Shown: positions 40,482-50,599 of the stretch, in pieces
How positions within the stretch are numbered: position 1 is the first letter of the stretch
Layout of the letters: each line of letters begins with the position of its first letter
Assembly (NCBI GenBank): GCA_963796105.1
Contig: CAWCKJ010000004.1
Coordinates: 928,001 to 992,000 of the forward strand
Direction: 5' to 3'
Length of the DNA stretch: 64,000 nucleotides
Origin: a candidate division FCPU426 bacterium
GTDB lineage: Bacteria > Oederibacteriota > Muellerivitia > Muellerivitales > Muellerivitaceae
Translations under genes and position numbers: made by a program
The notes under the pieces: model-generated
Told to the model about the DNA's origin: nothing
Database searches by the model: none
What the model saw: only the letters and a program-made list of their open reading frames with translations

Positions 40482-42299
40482 ATGCGCCAGGCCAAATTCC
40501 CCCAGGGTTTCGTCTCTCCCACCGTCCAGATCTTCCGGGCTTTCGAGGCGATCTTTAACAACTTCCGCTACTACACAGGGATGTCCTGCTACCTGGTCCC
40601 CAAGGACAACCCGGACCAATGGATCTGCCTCCAGCCCTCCCCGAACAATTACGGAATCAACGAATTCGAGGACAGGTTCGGGCCCCGCCTGGACCGCGCC
40701 AAGTACAACCAGAGGAATTTCAAGAAGGCAGCCAGGAGCAAGCGCGCGGTTTGTTCCACCCATTCGGGATTCTTTGATTTTTGCGTCCCGGTCTTGAACA
40801 GGGGCAAGTGCATCGGTTTCATCGTATCGGGTTATTTCACTAAAAAGGTCGCTGACCGCGGGGAACTGGAGCGCCAATGGGAAATATGGACCGGCAAGAA
40901 GCCCCTTTCGGATGATACGGATTTCAAACGCTTCGTCCTGAACGCCTTGAACATGCCCCTCTTGGACGGACCCCAAGCAAACGCGCACCGGGAGCTCCTC
41001 GAGATGGCGGCCTCGCTCATTTCCGGCGAGGGAAACCCCGAGGGAATCATCTTCCGGGCCACGGATCTGAACCACAAGGTCTTCACGAAATGGAAACTGA
41101 ACAAGGGCTGGCCCATGAAGGCCCTGGGATTGGATTTGCCCCCCTCGGACCGGTCCTGGACGGACAAGGAATTCGGCGAGACCGACAGGATCGTCACCAA
41201 GATCAAGAGGAAGCCGGTGATGGGCATGGCCCTTTTGTTGGTGGAGGAGCCGGACGATTACCTGGACGAGGTGGACGCCATGATCCGGCAGAAGCGCCTC
41301 GAGCGGGAGGGCTTTTTCCACGCCCAACGGCTGGGCGAGACGGTGGCTTTCCCCCTGTGGGACGAGGGCCTGGTGTTCCTCACCTCGCCCCGCCCCGGGT
41401 CCAACCCGACCCAGGCCCGGCTTCAATTGAGGGACAAGGCCAGGTCCATCGCGGAAAAGATGGGGAAGCTTTTCGGGACCCGCGCCCTGGTCGGCGTCGG
41501 GTCCATAATGCCTGGGGCCGAGTCGCTGAATCCCTCCTGCCAGGAGGCCTTCCAAGCCCTGCAATGGGCCATCCACCAGGACAAGGACATTATTTTTTAC
41601 GAGGAGATCGAGCCGCTGGAAACCAAACCGCCTGGGAAGGGAAAGCCCTGGCCCGACGCCCAGGCCCTGGTGGAGGCCTGCCTGAGGGGATCGAGGGCCG
41701 AGAAGGCGTTCGTGCTGGACCATTACCTCGGCGACGTCCTGCGCCAGACCGCCGAGCGCCCCGACCTGGTGCGGGTGCACCTCATCGACGCCCTTTCGCT
41801 TTACGCCTCGTCGCTGGAAAAGGCGCTGCTTCTTCCGTCCGGGCGCCTCTCAAGCTTCCTCAGGGAATGGGTCCCCCGCTTGGAAAAACTGAGGGCCACC
41901 CATGAACTCTTCGGAACTTTCAAGACCGCGGTCCAGGTGTTCACGGAATTCTCGAAGGACCCGCCGGCCGCGGAGAGGGAGGCCACCGTCCAGGAACTGA
42001 AGGCCTACGTGGCCGAGCACTTCCGGTCGGCCTTGAGGGCGGACAGCGCCGCCAGGCAGATGGGCCTCTCCCGGGCCACCTTCTACCGCCTGGTCCGGAA
42101 ATGGATCGGGATGGGGTTCAACGAATACGTCAAGAAGGTCCGGCTGGAGGAGGCGAAGCGCCTTTTGCGCACCGGCCGTGACAGCGTCGCGCGGGTCGCC
42201 CAGGAATGCGGCTTTTCCTCCAGCGGTTATTTCATCTGGGTTTTCAAGGAAGCCACGAAGCGGACACCCCAGCAGTACCGGAACAACCCCGACGCATAG
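40482..42299 (+). CDS. AraC-family regulator with N-terminal PocR-like sensor domain
   Basis: 'CSTHSGFFDFCVPV..G..IGFIVSG'; C-terminal 'RLEEAKRLL...VAQECGFSSSGYF..VFKE..TPQQYR'. Confidence 0.85.
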   Translation: MRQAKFPQGFVSPTVQIFRAFEAIFNNFRYYTGMSCYLVPKDNPDQWICLQPSPNNYGINEFEDRFGPRLDRAKYNQRNFKKAARSKRAVCSTHSGFFDFCVPVLNRGKCIGFIVSGYFTKKVADRGELERQWEIWTGKKPLSDDTDFKRFVLNALNMPLLDGPQANAHRELLEMAASLISGEGNPEGIIFRATDLNHKVFTKWKLNKGWPMKALGLDLPPSDRSWTDKEFGETDRIVTKIKRKPVMGMALLLVEEPDDYLDEVDAMIRQKRLEREGFFHAQRLGETVAFPLWDEGLVFLTSPRPGSNPTQARLQLRDKARSIAEKMGKLFGTRALVGVGSIMPGAESLNPSCQEAFQALQWAIHQDKDIIFYEEIEPLETKPPGKGKPWPDAQALVEACLRGSRAEKAFVLDHYLGDVLRQTAERPDLVRVHLIDALSLYASSLEKALLLPSGRLSSFLREWVPRLEKLRATHELFGTFKTAVQVFTEFSKDPPAAEREATVQELKAYVAEHFRSALRADSAARQMGLSRATFYRLVRKWIGMGFNEYVKKVRLEEAKRLLRTGRDSVARVAQECGFSSSGYFIWVFKEATKRTPQQYRNNPDA

Positions 42300-42800
42300 C
42301 GCCGGATAAGCAAACCGGCCAAAACCTTTAAATTGGCCATAAATTCAGCTTAGGCTGATACTAAATCGTCATTCTAATGAATCATTATCTGAATTCCTCA
42401 ATTCCCTCCGGTGGTAGTCTTAGAGTTACTAACAAGAATTAAAGTCCACCACGGGTTTCTTCGAAACCACTGGGGCACAGCAAGGAAAAGATTTAAAAAT
42501 TCAAAGGATTTTAATTGTGTCTTTGTGAACTGCCGAAGGCAGTCTGTGGTTAAAGCTTTTTTGTTGGAAGTTTTAAATAAAAAAAATGCCCAATTCTTGG
42601 AAGAGCGTGGAACCCTTGGGCGGTCCCTCGCCGTGAAGGTCCTATTCATCCCAAATGAAAAAGTGGAAGGAATAGCCGGGGAGCGGGGGACGCTTGAAAC
42701 CGCTTCCAAGGGGATTTTTTCCGTAAAAAGTTTCACCGTTCATAAAAACATTTTCATTCCGGCTCGTCCGCCGGTTTTAAAGAGCGATGGGGAGCCTGCC

Positions 42801-45800
42801 GTGACTGTTCGCGAAAGAATCATTCCTATTTTCCTTTCCCTGCTTCTGGGCCTATTCCTATGCGCCATTCCAACGGGGAACGCCTGGGCCCAGGCCGGTT
42901 CCTGCACGGTGGTCAGCGCCACTCTTACATGGGCCACGGATGACGAGGGTTATATTTTCGTGAACGGACAGTATCCCGTCAGCTGTTACTGGCAGAACTG
43001 CTGGGAGGGGGCCGATTGCGGCAATTCCGCCGTCAGCTGCCAGACCCCCATGACGATCTGCAATGGGGACTGCGCGGGCTTCTTCAACAACACCGGCGAC
43101 AACATACTCGCGGTTTACGGTTGGGCCTCGGACACGGGGTGGAACGGTTCCTCGTGGCTGTTGAGCCTGACTTTAGGGGGGGCCGGATGCACCATGACCA
43201 CCCAATACGTGGAGTCGGGAGGACCATGCGTGGTCGCGAAATACATTTTTAACGACACGAACGCCAGCGGCTATAACCTGCCAACCACCCTGCAGGGGGG
43301 AGGGTCCGGCGTTTACGCCGGCTGGCTCACGGCTGGTTTCAACGACAACGGATGGGTGGGACCCTATTCTGACCCCGTGACGGCTGATTGGGGTTACAAC
43401 TGGTTTCCCATTCCCAATCCGGCTTCGCCAGGTACGTATGTGCCTTGGACCTGGGGCGTTTACGGTTTTAACTACACCACGACCGCGGGGGACGGATACC
43501 TCTATCGAGAGCACTTTACCATCGGCACGAATTCTTGTTCCAACACGCCGGGCCCGACGGTGACTCCGATATTCACCTTGACGAAAACCAACACCCCGAA
43601 CCTGACCCTCACCGCCACGCCAACTTACACCTATACCTATACTAATAGCCCGACCCCGACCAGGACTCCCACGCCCACCAACACACCCACGATTACGCCC
43701 ACTCCCACCCCAACCAATACACCCACGAGGACGCCCACACCCACCCCGACTCCCACGCCCACCAACACTCCGACCAGGACGCCTACTCCGACCCCCACGA
43801 ATACACCGACCAATACGCCAACGCCCACGCCGACGAATACCCCGACACCCACTCCATCGCCAACCCCAACCAGGACGCCAACCCCAACACCCACCAATTC
43901 ACCGACCCCAACACCCACGAATACGCCGACCCGGACCCCAACACCCACCCCAACGAATACCCCGACTAATACCCCAACTCCCACGCCCACTCCTACACCT
44001 TCCCCGACACCCACCCGTACTCCCACACCGACTCCGACAAACACCCCCACCCCAACTCCAACCAACACCCCGACTAGAACCCCGACACCTACTCCCACGA
44101 ACACCCCGACCCCTACCCCCAGCAACACACCCACCCCTACGCCGACCAATACGCCCACACCAACTCCTACGAGGACCCCAACACTAACTCCCACCAACAC
44201 CCCGACACCATCGCCCACCCCAACCCCAACTAGGACTCCAACACCCACACCCACAACTACTCCCACGCCGACTCCCACTAACACACCTACCTCCACTCCG
44301 ACTGTAACGCCTACTCCCACTCCAACCAGGACCCCGACCCCAACACCAACGAATACTCCAACTCCCACTCCCACGAACACCCCGACTCCAACCCCCACTA
44401 CGACGCCAACACCGACCCCAACCAGGACTCCTACTCCCACGCCTACTAACACTCCGACACCCACTCCGACCACAACCCCGACCCCCACCCCCACGAATAC
44501 TCCCACACCGACCCCGACAAGAACGCCTACTCCGACACCGACAACCACTCCCACCCCGACTCCGACCAATACACCCACTCCGACACCTACTAACACGCCG
44601 ACTCCAACCCCGACCCGAACCCCGACGAATACTCCTACCCTGACACCCACCAATACACCCACAAATACGCCGACGCCCACACCCACGACAACTCCAACGC
44701 CTACCCCGACGAGAACTCCCACTCCCACGTCTACGAATACACCGACTCCAACACCGACAGCCACTCCGACACCCACTCCTACCAATACGCCCACAAGAAC
44801 ACCCACCTCCACTCCGACTCCCACGCCGACCACAACCCCTACTCCAACCCCGACCCCGACTCCCACCATTACCCCAACACCCACTAATAGCCCCACGGGA
44901 ACGCAGTCGCCAACGAACACGCCGACGATTACTCCGACCAAGACTCCGACTCCGACTCCCACCAACACTCCAACGATCACGCCCACGCCTACCAATACCC
45001 CCACAAGGACTCCGACTCCTACACCGACTAATACGCCTACTCCCACTCCAACAACGACCCCTACCCCAACACCCACTCCAACAACGACGCCTACTCCCAC
45101 ACCCACTAATACGCCCACCCCAACCCCCACGAGGACGCCCACTCCCACTCCAACGACCACCCCGACCCCTACACCCACCAATACCCCGACTCCTACTCCC
45201 ACGAATACTCCTACACTCACTCCTACAACTACCCCGAGCCCTACTCCAACGAGAACCCCGACGCCTACCCCTACGAATACTCCTACACCCACCCCCACGA
45301 CCACCCCGACACCTACTCCGACTAGGACACCGACACCCACTCCTACCTCCACGAATACCCCTACACCCACCACAACCCCGACTCCGACCCCCACCCACAC
45401 GCCAACCATCACACCAACTCCAACCAATACGCCTACAGGAACTCAGTCTCCCACGAATACTCCTACCATCACCCCGACCAAGACCCCGACGCCTACTCCT
45501 ACACCCACTCCGACTGTGACACCTACTCCAACGCCCACGAATACCCCAACGAACACGCCTACCAATACGCCGACGCCAACACCTACCACGACTCCCACGC
45601 CGACCCCAACGAATACACCCACAAGGACTCCGACGAATACCCCGACCCCTACTCCTACGACCACATCCACCCCTACGCCGACTTCTACACCTACTTCTTC
45701 CCCAACTAATACCCCGACACCCACCCCAACCACAACGCCGACACCTACTCCAACCAACACTCCTACGGTTACCCCCACTCCGACAAACACGCCGACGGGG

Positions 45801-47957
45801 ACGACATCTCCTACCAATACGCCCACGGTCACGCCCACGAATACGCCTTCCCCAACAGCTACCAGTACTCCAACTACAACGCCGACACCTACACCTACCG
45901 CTACACCCACCGCAACACCTACGAACACGTCGACCCATACACCCACCACCACCCCGACCCCTACTTACACATCTACTCCCACACAAACACCCACTCCTAC
46001 TCCAACCGATACCTCCACTGACACGCCTCTTTTCACCTTTACAAACACCAATACGCCCACAGACACATCAACCCCCACTAACACCAACACACCTACGAAC
46101 ACGCCGACTAATACTCCCACTCCAACACCCACTAATACCCCGACACCGACATTCACGGACACGCCGACATCCACGCCAACACCTACTCCAACCGATACCT
46201 CCACTGACACGCCTCTTTTCACCTATACAAACACCAATACCCCTACCGACACTTCCACCCCCACTAACACCAACACACCCACGAACACGCCGACTAATAC
46301 CCCCACTCCAACACCCACTAACACTCCCACCAACACCAACACTCCAACGGAGACTTCCACGCCCACGAATACCTATAGCCCCACTAACACGCCAACCAAT
46401 ACCCCGACCCCTACTCCCACCAATACCCTGACCAACACCAACACGCCCACTAATACCCCCACCGCTACCAACAGCTCTACTCCCACCAAGACTTATACGG
46501 CCACCAATACCCCCACCAATACCAACACCCCGACTAACACCAATACTCCTACCAATACGCCTACTCCTACTCCCACCAGGACGCCTACTAACACTTCCAC
46601 TCCCACGAATACGCTTACAGCCACGAATACACCCACTAATACCAATACCCTGACACCTACCCCCACGGCGACCTTCACTCCCACCCCCACGCCTGCCGCG
46701 GTATTGGCCTTGCAGAAACAGGAGTCGGAATCAACAGGTTCCTCGGGGGATATGGTGACCTATACCTTGAATGTGAATGTTTCTAACGCCAACGCTCCCG
46801 GGGTAGTGGTGCAGGACCAACTGCCTCCCAACTGCACTTTCACGGCCTTCGGGGTCTCACCAGCAGGAACATCGGCCGTAACCACCGTTTCAGGCGGGGT
46901 GACCATGATGAACTGGACATTGCCCACCCTTATCCCTGGAAGCTACCAATTGACTTATACAGTCTCGATTAACAGCTTCACGCCCGCGGGACCCATTGTG
47001 AACTGCGCGGTCTTAAACTATCCGGGAATCTCACCATTGAGTTCCTGTGCCACATTAATGGTGACAGGGAGCTACACGGTGAAGATCGGGGTGTATAACG
47101 AGGCGGGGGAACTGGTCAAGACCCTGTTGGTGACCCAATATTCCCAGCCCTTGGTGGACCTGCAGTTGAAGAACGGGGATCTGATTAATGGAATGAATGA
47201 CCCCATCCTGATATATGACCAGAACACCCAGATCACGGTGTGGAACGGGACGGACCAGAACGGGAACCCAGTGCCCAATGGTGATTATTACGTGAAAGTG
47301 GACAATGTCGATTCCTTCGGGGTGGATAAGAGCGTGGTATTGAACGTGGTGGTGAGCAGGTCGTTGGAGAAGGTGACGATCGACATTTACAACGAGGCTG
47401 GGGAGATCGTGGACACGCTCTACAGCGTGGTGGAGGACCCTCAAGGGACGGTGATTACGGGGGTGAAGCTGTCAGGGACGGTGTTGGAGCCGGGATCGCC
47501 GACAGACGGGAACCTGATTATTACGACAAATAACGGTGTCACAGCCATCTGGACAGGGTACGCTTCAAGCGGGGCGGTGGTACCCAACGGGAAATACTTC
47601 ATCGAGGTGCACTCCACCGATGGAAAAGGCGGGGAGACGGTGATCGTGACATCGGTGATGGTGCTGAACAACCCGAAACAGACGGTGCCGAAAGTGTGGG
47701 CTTATCCGAACCCCTTAACCGGTGGTTTCAGCCAGGTGGAGTTCCAAGGATTTGCGACAAACGTGAACCTGACGGTGAGGATTTACGACCTGTCGGGAGA
47801 GCTGGTGACGGAACTCAAAGGCGCCGGGGGAACGAGCCGGGTGACCTGGAACGCCGCGGGAATCGCCAGCGGGCTCTACATCGCCAAGGTGGAACAGAAG
47901 GACCTGACAGGGAAGATCATTGCCAAGCAGACAATCAAGGTTTTGGTGGGGCAATAA
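42801..47957 (+). CDS. Giant secreted protein: Cys-rich lectin-like head, ~1050-aa Thr/Pro stalk, DUF11-like domain, tandem FlgD-Ig domains and T9SS-CTD-like end
   Basis: GTG 42801 after GGGGAG gives signal peptide ending 'AWA-Q'; '[10 protein letters not shown]', 'W..GFND.GW'; CTD '[23 protein letters not shown]'. Confidence 0.85.
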   Translation: MTVRERIIPIFLSLLLGLFLCAIPTGNAWAQAGSCTVVSATLTWATDDEGYIFVNGQYPVSCYWQNCWEGADCGNSAVSCQTPMTICNGDCAGFFNNTGDNILAVYGWASDTGWNGSSWLLSLTLGGAGCTMTTQYVESGGPCVVAKYIFNDTNASGYNLPTTLQGGGSGVYAGWLTAGFNDNGWVGPYSDPVTADWGYNWFPIPNPASPGTYVPWTWGVYGFNYTTTAGDGYLYREHFTIGTNSCSNTPGPTVTPIFTLTKTNTPNLTLTATPTYTYTYTNSPTPTRTPTPTNTPTITPTPTPTNTPTRTPTPTPTPTPTNTPTRTPTPTPTNTPTNTPTPTPTNTPTPTPSPTPTRTPTPTPTNSPTPTPTNTPTRTPTPTPTNTPTNTPTPTPTPTPSPTPTRTPTPTPTNTPTPTPTNTPTRTPTPTPTNTPTPTPSNTPTPTPTNTPTPTPTRTPTLTPTNTPTPSPTPTPTRTPTPTPTTTPTPTPTNTPTSTPTVTPTPTPTRTPTPTPTNTPTPTPTNTPTPTPTTTPTPTPTRTPTPTPTNTPTPTPTTTPTPTPTNTPTPTPTRTPTPTPTTTPTPTPTNTPTPTPTNTPTPTPTRTPTNTPTLTPTNTPTNTPTPTPTTTPTPTPTRTPTPTSTNTPTPTPTATPTPTPTNTPTRTPTSTPTPTPTTTPTPTPTPTPTITPTPTNSPTGTQSPTNTPTITPTKTPTPTPTNTPTITPTPTNTPTRTPTPTPTNTPTPTPTTTPTPTPTPTTTPTPTPTNTPTPTPTRTPTPTPTTTPTPTPTNTPTPTPTNTPTLTPTTTPSPTPTRTPTPTPTNTPTPTPTTTPTPTPTRTPTPTPTSTNTPTPTTTPTPTPTHTPTITPTPTNTPTGTQSPTNTPTITPTKTPTPTPTPTPTVTPTPTPTNTPTNTPTNTPTPTPTTTPTPTPTNTPTRTPTNTPTPTPTTTSTPTPTSTPTSSPTNTPTPTPTTTPTPTPTNTPTVTPTPTNTPTGTTSPTNTPTVTPTNTPSPTATSTPTTTPTPTPTATPTATPTNTSTHTPTTTPTPTYTSTPTQTPTPTPTDTSTDTPLFTFTNTNTPTDTSTPTNTNTPTNTPTNTPTPTPTNTPTPTFTDTPTSTPTPTPTDTSTDTPLFTYTNTNTPTDTSTPTNTNTPTNTPTNTPTPTPTNTPTNTNTPTETSTPTNTYSPTNTPTNTPTPTPTNTLTNTNTPTNTPTATNSSTPTKTYTATNTPTNTNTPTNTNTPTNTPTPTPTRTPTNTSTPTNTLTATNTPTNTNTLTPTPTATFTPTPTPAAVLALQKQESESTGSSGDMVTYTLNVNVSNANAPGVVVQDQLPPNCTFTAFGVSPAGTSAVTTVSGGVTMMNWTLPTLIPGSYQLTYTVSINSFTPAGPIVNCAVLNYPGISPLSSCATLMVTGSYTVKIGVYNEAGELVKTLLVTQYSQPLVDLQLKNGDLINGMNDPILIYDQNTQITVWNGTDQNGNPVPNGDYYVKVDNVDSFGVDKSVVLNVVVSRSLEKVTIDIYNEAGEIVDTLYSVVEDPQGTVITGVKLSGTVLEPGSPTDGNLIITTNNGVTAIWTGYASSGAVVPNGKYFIEVHSTDGKGGETVIVTSVMVLNNPKQTVPKVWAYPNPLTGGFSQVEFQGFATNVNLTVRIYDLSGELVTELKGAGGTSRVTWNAAGIASGLYIAKVEQKDLTGKIIAKQTIKVLVGQ

Positions 47958-48039
47958 ACCTAAACCCTATTCTTCAATGGATGACGACTTCCTTATTTTG
48001 CGTTCCGCTTTTGTTCATCACCTCGATGTGGTACTTGCC

Positions 48040-48275
48040 TGGGCTGTCGGAAAGGGAGGCCCCCTGTCGGAATAGGCGGTCTACCTGCCGGACGCCTTGC
48101 CGGAAAGGTCGGGCTCCTGTCGGCATAGGCCGGTAAGCCGAGATAACCCGTCGACAGTACCGTCGGCATAGGCCGGTAAGCTGAGATAACCCGTCGACAG
48201 TACCGTCGGAATGGGAGATAAACCGCCCACATTTCCGTCGACACCCGTCTTTAGGAGGGATATTCCGCCGGAAAC
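48040..48275. repeat. Modular repeat array with two tandem 43-bp units and GATAACC/CCCACATTT/GATATTCC modules
   Basis: gtcggcataggccggtaagc(c/t)gagataacccgtcgacagtacc at 48119 and 48162. Confidence 0.8.
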
Positions 48276-48307
48276 CCAAGTTCAATAGGCCTTAACTGCC
48301 CCTATAG

Positions 48308-48432
48308 ATTAAGACTTTAGCTGAGTCTCTGAGTCCCTGTGCCGATTTTCATATAGAAATTAATGATATCGGTACGATACCAGCCACTTTTAAATCTAAA
48401 TGGAAGGCTGGCATGTGGTGGATATTGGTTTT
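48308..48432 (+). repeat. Double-hairpin non-coding element, copy A
   Basis: 123/125 identical to 50379-50503; divergent inverted copy at 57124-57241. Confidence 0.9.
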
Positions 48433-48569
48433 CCGCCCACATTCCTGCCTGCAGGTTTCGAGATTTGACGGTTTGGCATGGAACGCGCCCTACAAGTTGG
48501 ACAGTTGAAGCAAAAAATAGAGAATAGGGAAACGGCTCAAGGGGTAACCCCCCAAAGGAGCATTTCCAA

Positions 48570-48917
48570 ATGGGTAAAATAAGACGGAAGTTCAGTATTG
48601 ATTTCAAAGAACAAGTCGTCCACGAGGTAGAAACTGGCCTATCGCTCAATGAAGCTGCTCGTCAATACCAGCTCAATCCAAGCGTTATAACCCGTTGGCG
48701 CGATAAATATCGCCAAGGAACCTTGGTTGAAAAACCTTCCCTTCACGAAAAAATATTGGAAAAAGAGAATGAGAAACTCAAAGCCAAGATTGGGGAATTG
48801 ATCATGGCGATAGACCTTTTAAAAAAATTCCAAAAATACGCGGAAAACCAGAGAAAGCTCGATACCTCCGTGATCACCTCAAGGAATTTGGCTCAATTTC
48901 AAGAGGATGCCAAATGA
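48570..48917 (+). CDS. IS3-family transposase OrfA
   Basis: Identical protein to 13409-13756. Confidence 0.92.
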   Translation: MGKIRRKFSIDFKEQVVHEVETGLSLNEAARQYQLNPSVITRWRDKYRQGTLVEKPSLHEKILEKENEKLKAKIGELIMAIDLLKKFQKYAENQRKLDTSVITSRNLAQFQEDAK

Positions 48918-49750
48918 TGGGGCTTCCTCGAAGTACCTATTATTCTGCACTTAAAAGTGAACCGGAGATTCAGGAACAAAGAGATTTGGACTTAAAGAAC
49001 CGAATCGAGCAGGTGAGATTGACCTTCCCCTACTACGGCTATCGGAGGCTCTACCACCACTTTTTACGGGAGGGATTAAGGATTAACGCCAAACGGATTC
49101 GGCGGGTGGTAAGGAAATACGGTCTTTACCCTATTATTTGGGGGAAAAGGTTCAAGATCCAAACCACCCAATCCAATCACGACCTGCCGGTGTTCCCCAA
49201 CCTCTTGGAAAGGGTGGCAGAAACTGCTGTCAATCAAGTGTGGGTGGCGGATATTACCTATATCCGAATCCTCACTTGCTTTGTTTATCTGGCGGCCATT
49301 CTGGATCGTTTTTCCAGAAAGGTGATCGGGTGGGCGGTTTCCAAGAGACTGGATCGGGAGTTGTCGCTTTCGGCTTTACGCATGGCTTTAGAGGAAAGGA
49401 ATCCTCTTCCGGGATGCATCCACCATTCAGACAGAGGGGTGCAATATGCCTGCTGGGATTACGTGGCCCTGCTTGAGTCCAAAGGATTAAGGATCAGCAT
49501 GTCCAGGACAGGCAACCCTTACGACAATGCAAATGCGGAATCCTTTTTCAAAACCTTGAAATATGAGGAGGTGCATCTATTCAATTACGAAACTTATCAG
49601 GAAGTGCTTCAAAGACTTCCATACTTCATCGAGGAGGTGTATAACAAAAAACGGTTGCATTCTTCTATCGGCTACATGCCGCCTGAGGAGTTCGAGGCTT
49701 TAAAGTCACTCAAACCAATCGCCGGAAAACCTATTCTCAACTTGGAGTAA
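48914..49750 (+). CDS. IS3-family transposase OrfB
   Basis: Identical protein to 12576-13412; -1 frame open from A7 at 48821-48827. Confidence 0.95.
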   Translation: MMGLPRSTYYSALKSEPEIQEQRDLDLKNRIEQVRLTFPYYGYRRLYHHFLREGLRINAKRIRRVVRKYGLYPIIWGKRFKIQTTQSNHDLPVFPNLLERVAETAVNQVWVADITYIRILTCFVYLAAILDRFSRKVIGWAVSKRLDRELSLSALRMALEERNPLPGCIHHSDRGVQYACWDYVALLESKGLRISMSRTGNPYDNANAESFFKTLKYEEVHLFNYETYQEVLQRLPYFIEEVYNKKRLHSSIGYMPPEEFEALKSLKPIAGKPILNLE

Positions 49751-49779
49751 AAACTGTCCAAGGTTTGGGGCGCACACCA

Positions 49780-50068
49780 GCACAATCGCTTCGAAGTGGC
49801 ACAATCCCCGAAAAGTGGCACATTCGGCCAAGATGCCCCTATGCTGAGCCCACAAGGCGAAGCATGTGATTTGGGTGTGTTGGCGCCAAGATATTGGGCG
49901 CCAATAAGCCGGTGTCAGAAAAACTGTGGTTTTATTGGAGTTTTTTATCCGTTTTAATAACCGTTTTTGATTGTGCCAACCGATTGTGCCATTGTGCCAC
50001 TGGATTGTGCCAATTGTGCCACTCGGTTTTACCGGGTTTGGCACAATCGCCCCGAAGTGGCACAATCC
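49780..50068. repeat. Cluster of ~10 TGGCACAAT 9-mers in both orientations around an AT-rich core
   Basis: Forward at IS junction, 49797, 49816 (variant), 50039, 50058; reverse at 49970, 49983, 49991, 50004, 50013. Confidence 0.85.
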
Positions 50069-50079
50069 GGCTCCGGGAA

Positions 50080-50330
50080 TACGAGGATAAACCGCCCACA
50101 TTTTCGCCGGTAAACCGAGATAACCTGGTGACAGGCTGAGATAACCTGGTGTCATTTTCGACGGTAACCCGGGATAACCTGGTGACAGTCCCGGTTGCAT
50201 GTGTAGGGAAGGGGATAACCCGGTAAACTAAATTGGCAAGAGGCCGGTTTTTCCGGCGACATGGGAGATAACCCGCCCACATTTCTACCAAAACCCGCCG
50301 CTCAGCCGAGATATTCCACCGGAAAACCAG
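50080..50330. repeat. Second GATAACC/CCCACATTT/GATATTCC modular array
   Basis: gataa(c/a)c at 50086, 50119, 50140, 50173, 50214, 50267; gatattcc at 50310; related to 48040-48275. Confidence 0.75.
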
Positions 50331-50378
50331 CTCACTTGTTCGTTAACCTAATCTCATGGGGAGTTATTCTTCCAATAA

Positions 50379-50503
50379 ATTAAGATTTTAGCTGAGTCTC
50401 TGTGTCCCTGTGCCGATTTTCATATAGAAATTAATGATATCGGTACGATACCAGCCACTTTTAAATCTAAATGGAAGGCTGGCATGTGGTGGATATTGGT
50501 TTT
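50379..50503 (+). repeat. Double-hairpin non-coding element, copy B
   Basis: Direct repeat of copy A with 2 substitutions. Confidence 0.9.
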
Positions 50504-50599
50504 TCACGGGTATCCAACGCTATTCGCGGAGTTTATACTAGCTTTTTAAGGCCTAGGTGAACCCATCCAACCGCTTTGGCGGTCCGGGAGTCACAATCC

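Larger units (their letters stand above)
48479..49779 (+). mobile_element. IS3-family insertion sequence, copy 2 (1301 bp)
   Basis: Same IRs and ORF translations as copy 1; 3-bp TSD GCA at 48476-48478 and 49780-49782. Confidence 0.95.

Noticed and set aside
40443..41780. 445-aa minus-strand ORF and similar antisense ORFs in GC-rich genes
   Set aside because: Overlap well-supported genes; expected from high third-position GC
42630..42680. SRP RNA-like GGAAGGAATAGCC
   Set aside because: Lacks the contiguous CAGG-GNRA-AGCAG domain IV arrangement
42411..42800. N-terminal 130-aa extension of giant protein 2
   Set aside because: RBS plus GTG at 42801 gives a clean signal peptide; upstream looks like a structured leader
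48119..48235. Possible CRISPR array (also 50117-50188)
   Set aside because: Units are directly tandem with no unique spacers of regular length; no cas genes
49780..50068. Sigma-54 promoters (TGGCAC)
   Set aside because: No correctly spaced TTGC -12 element, and copies are packed in both orientations
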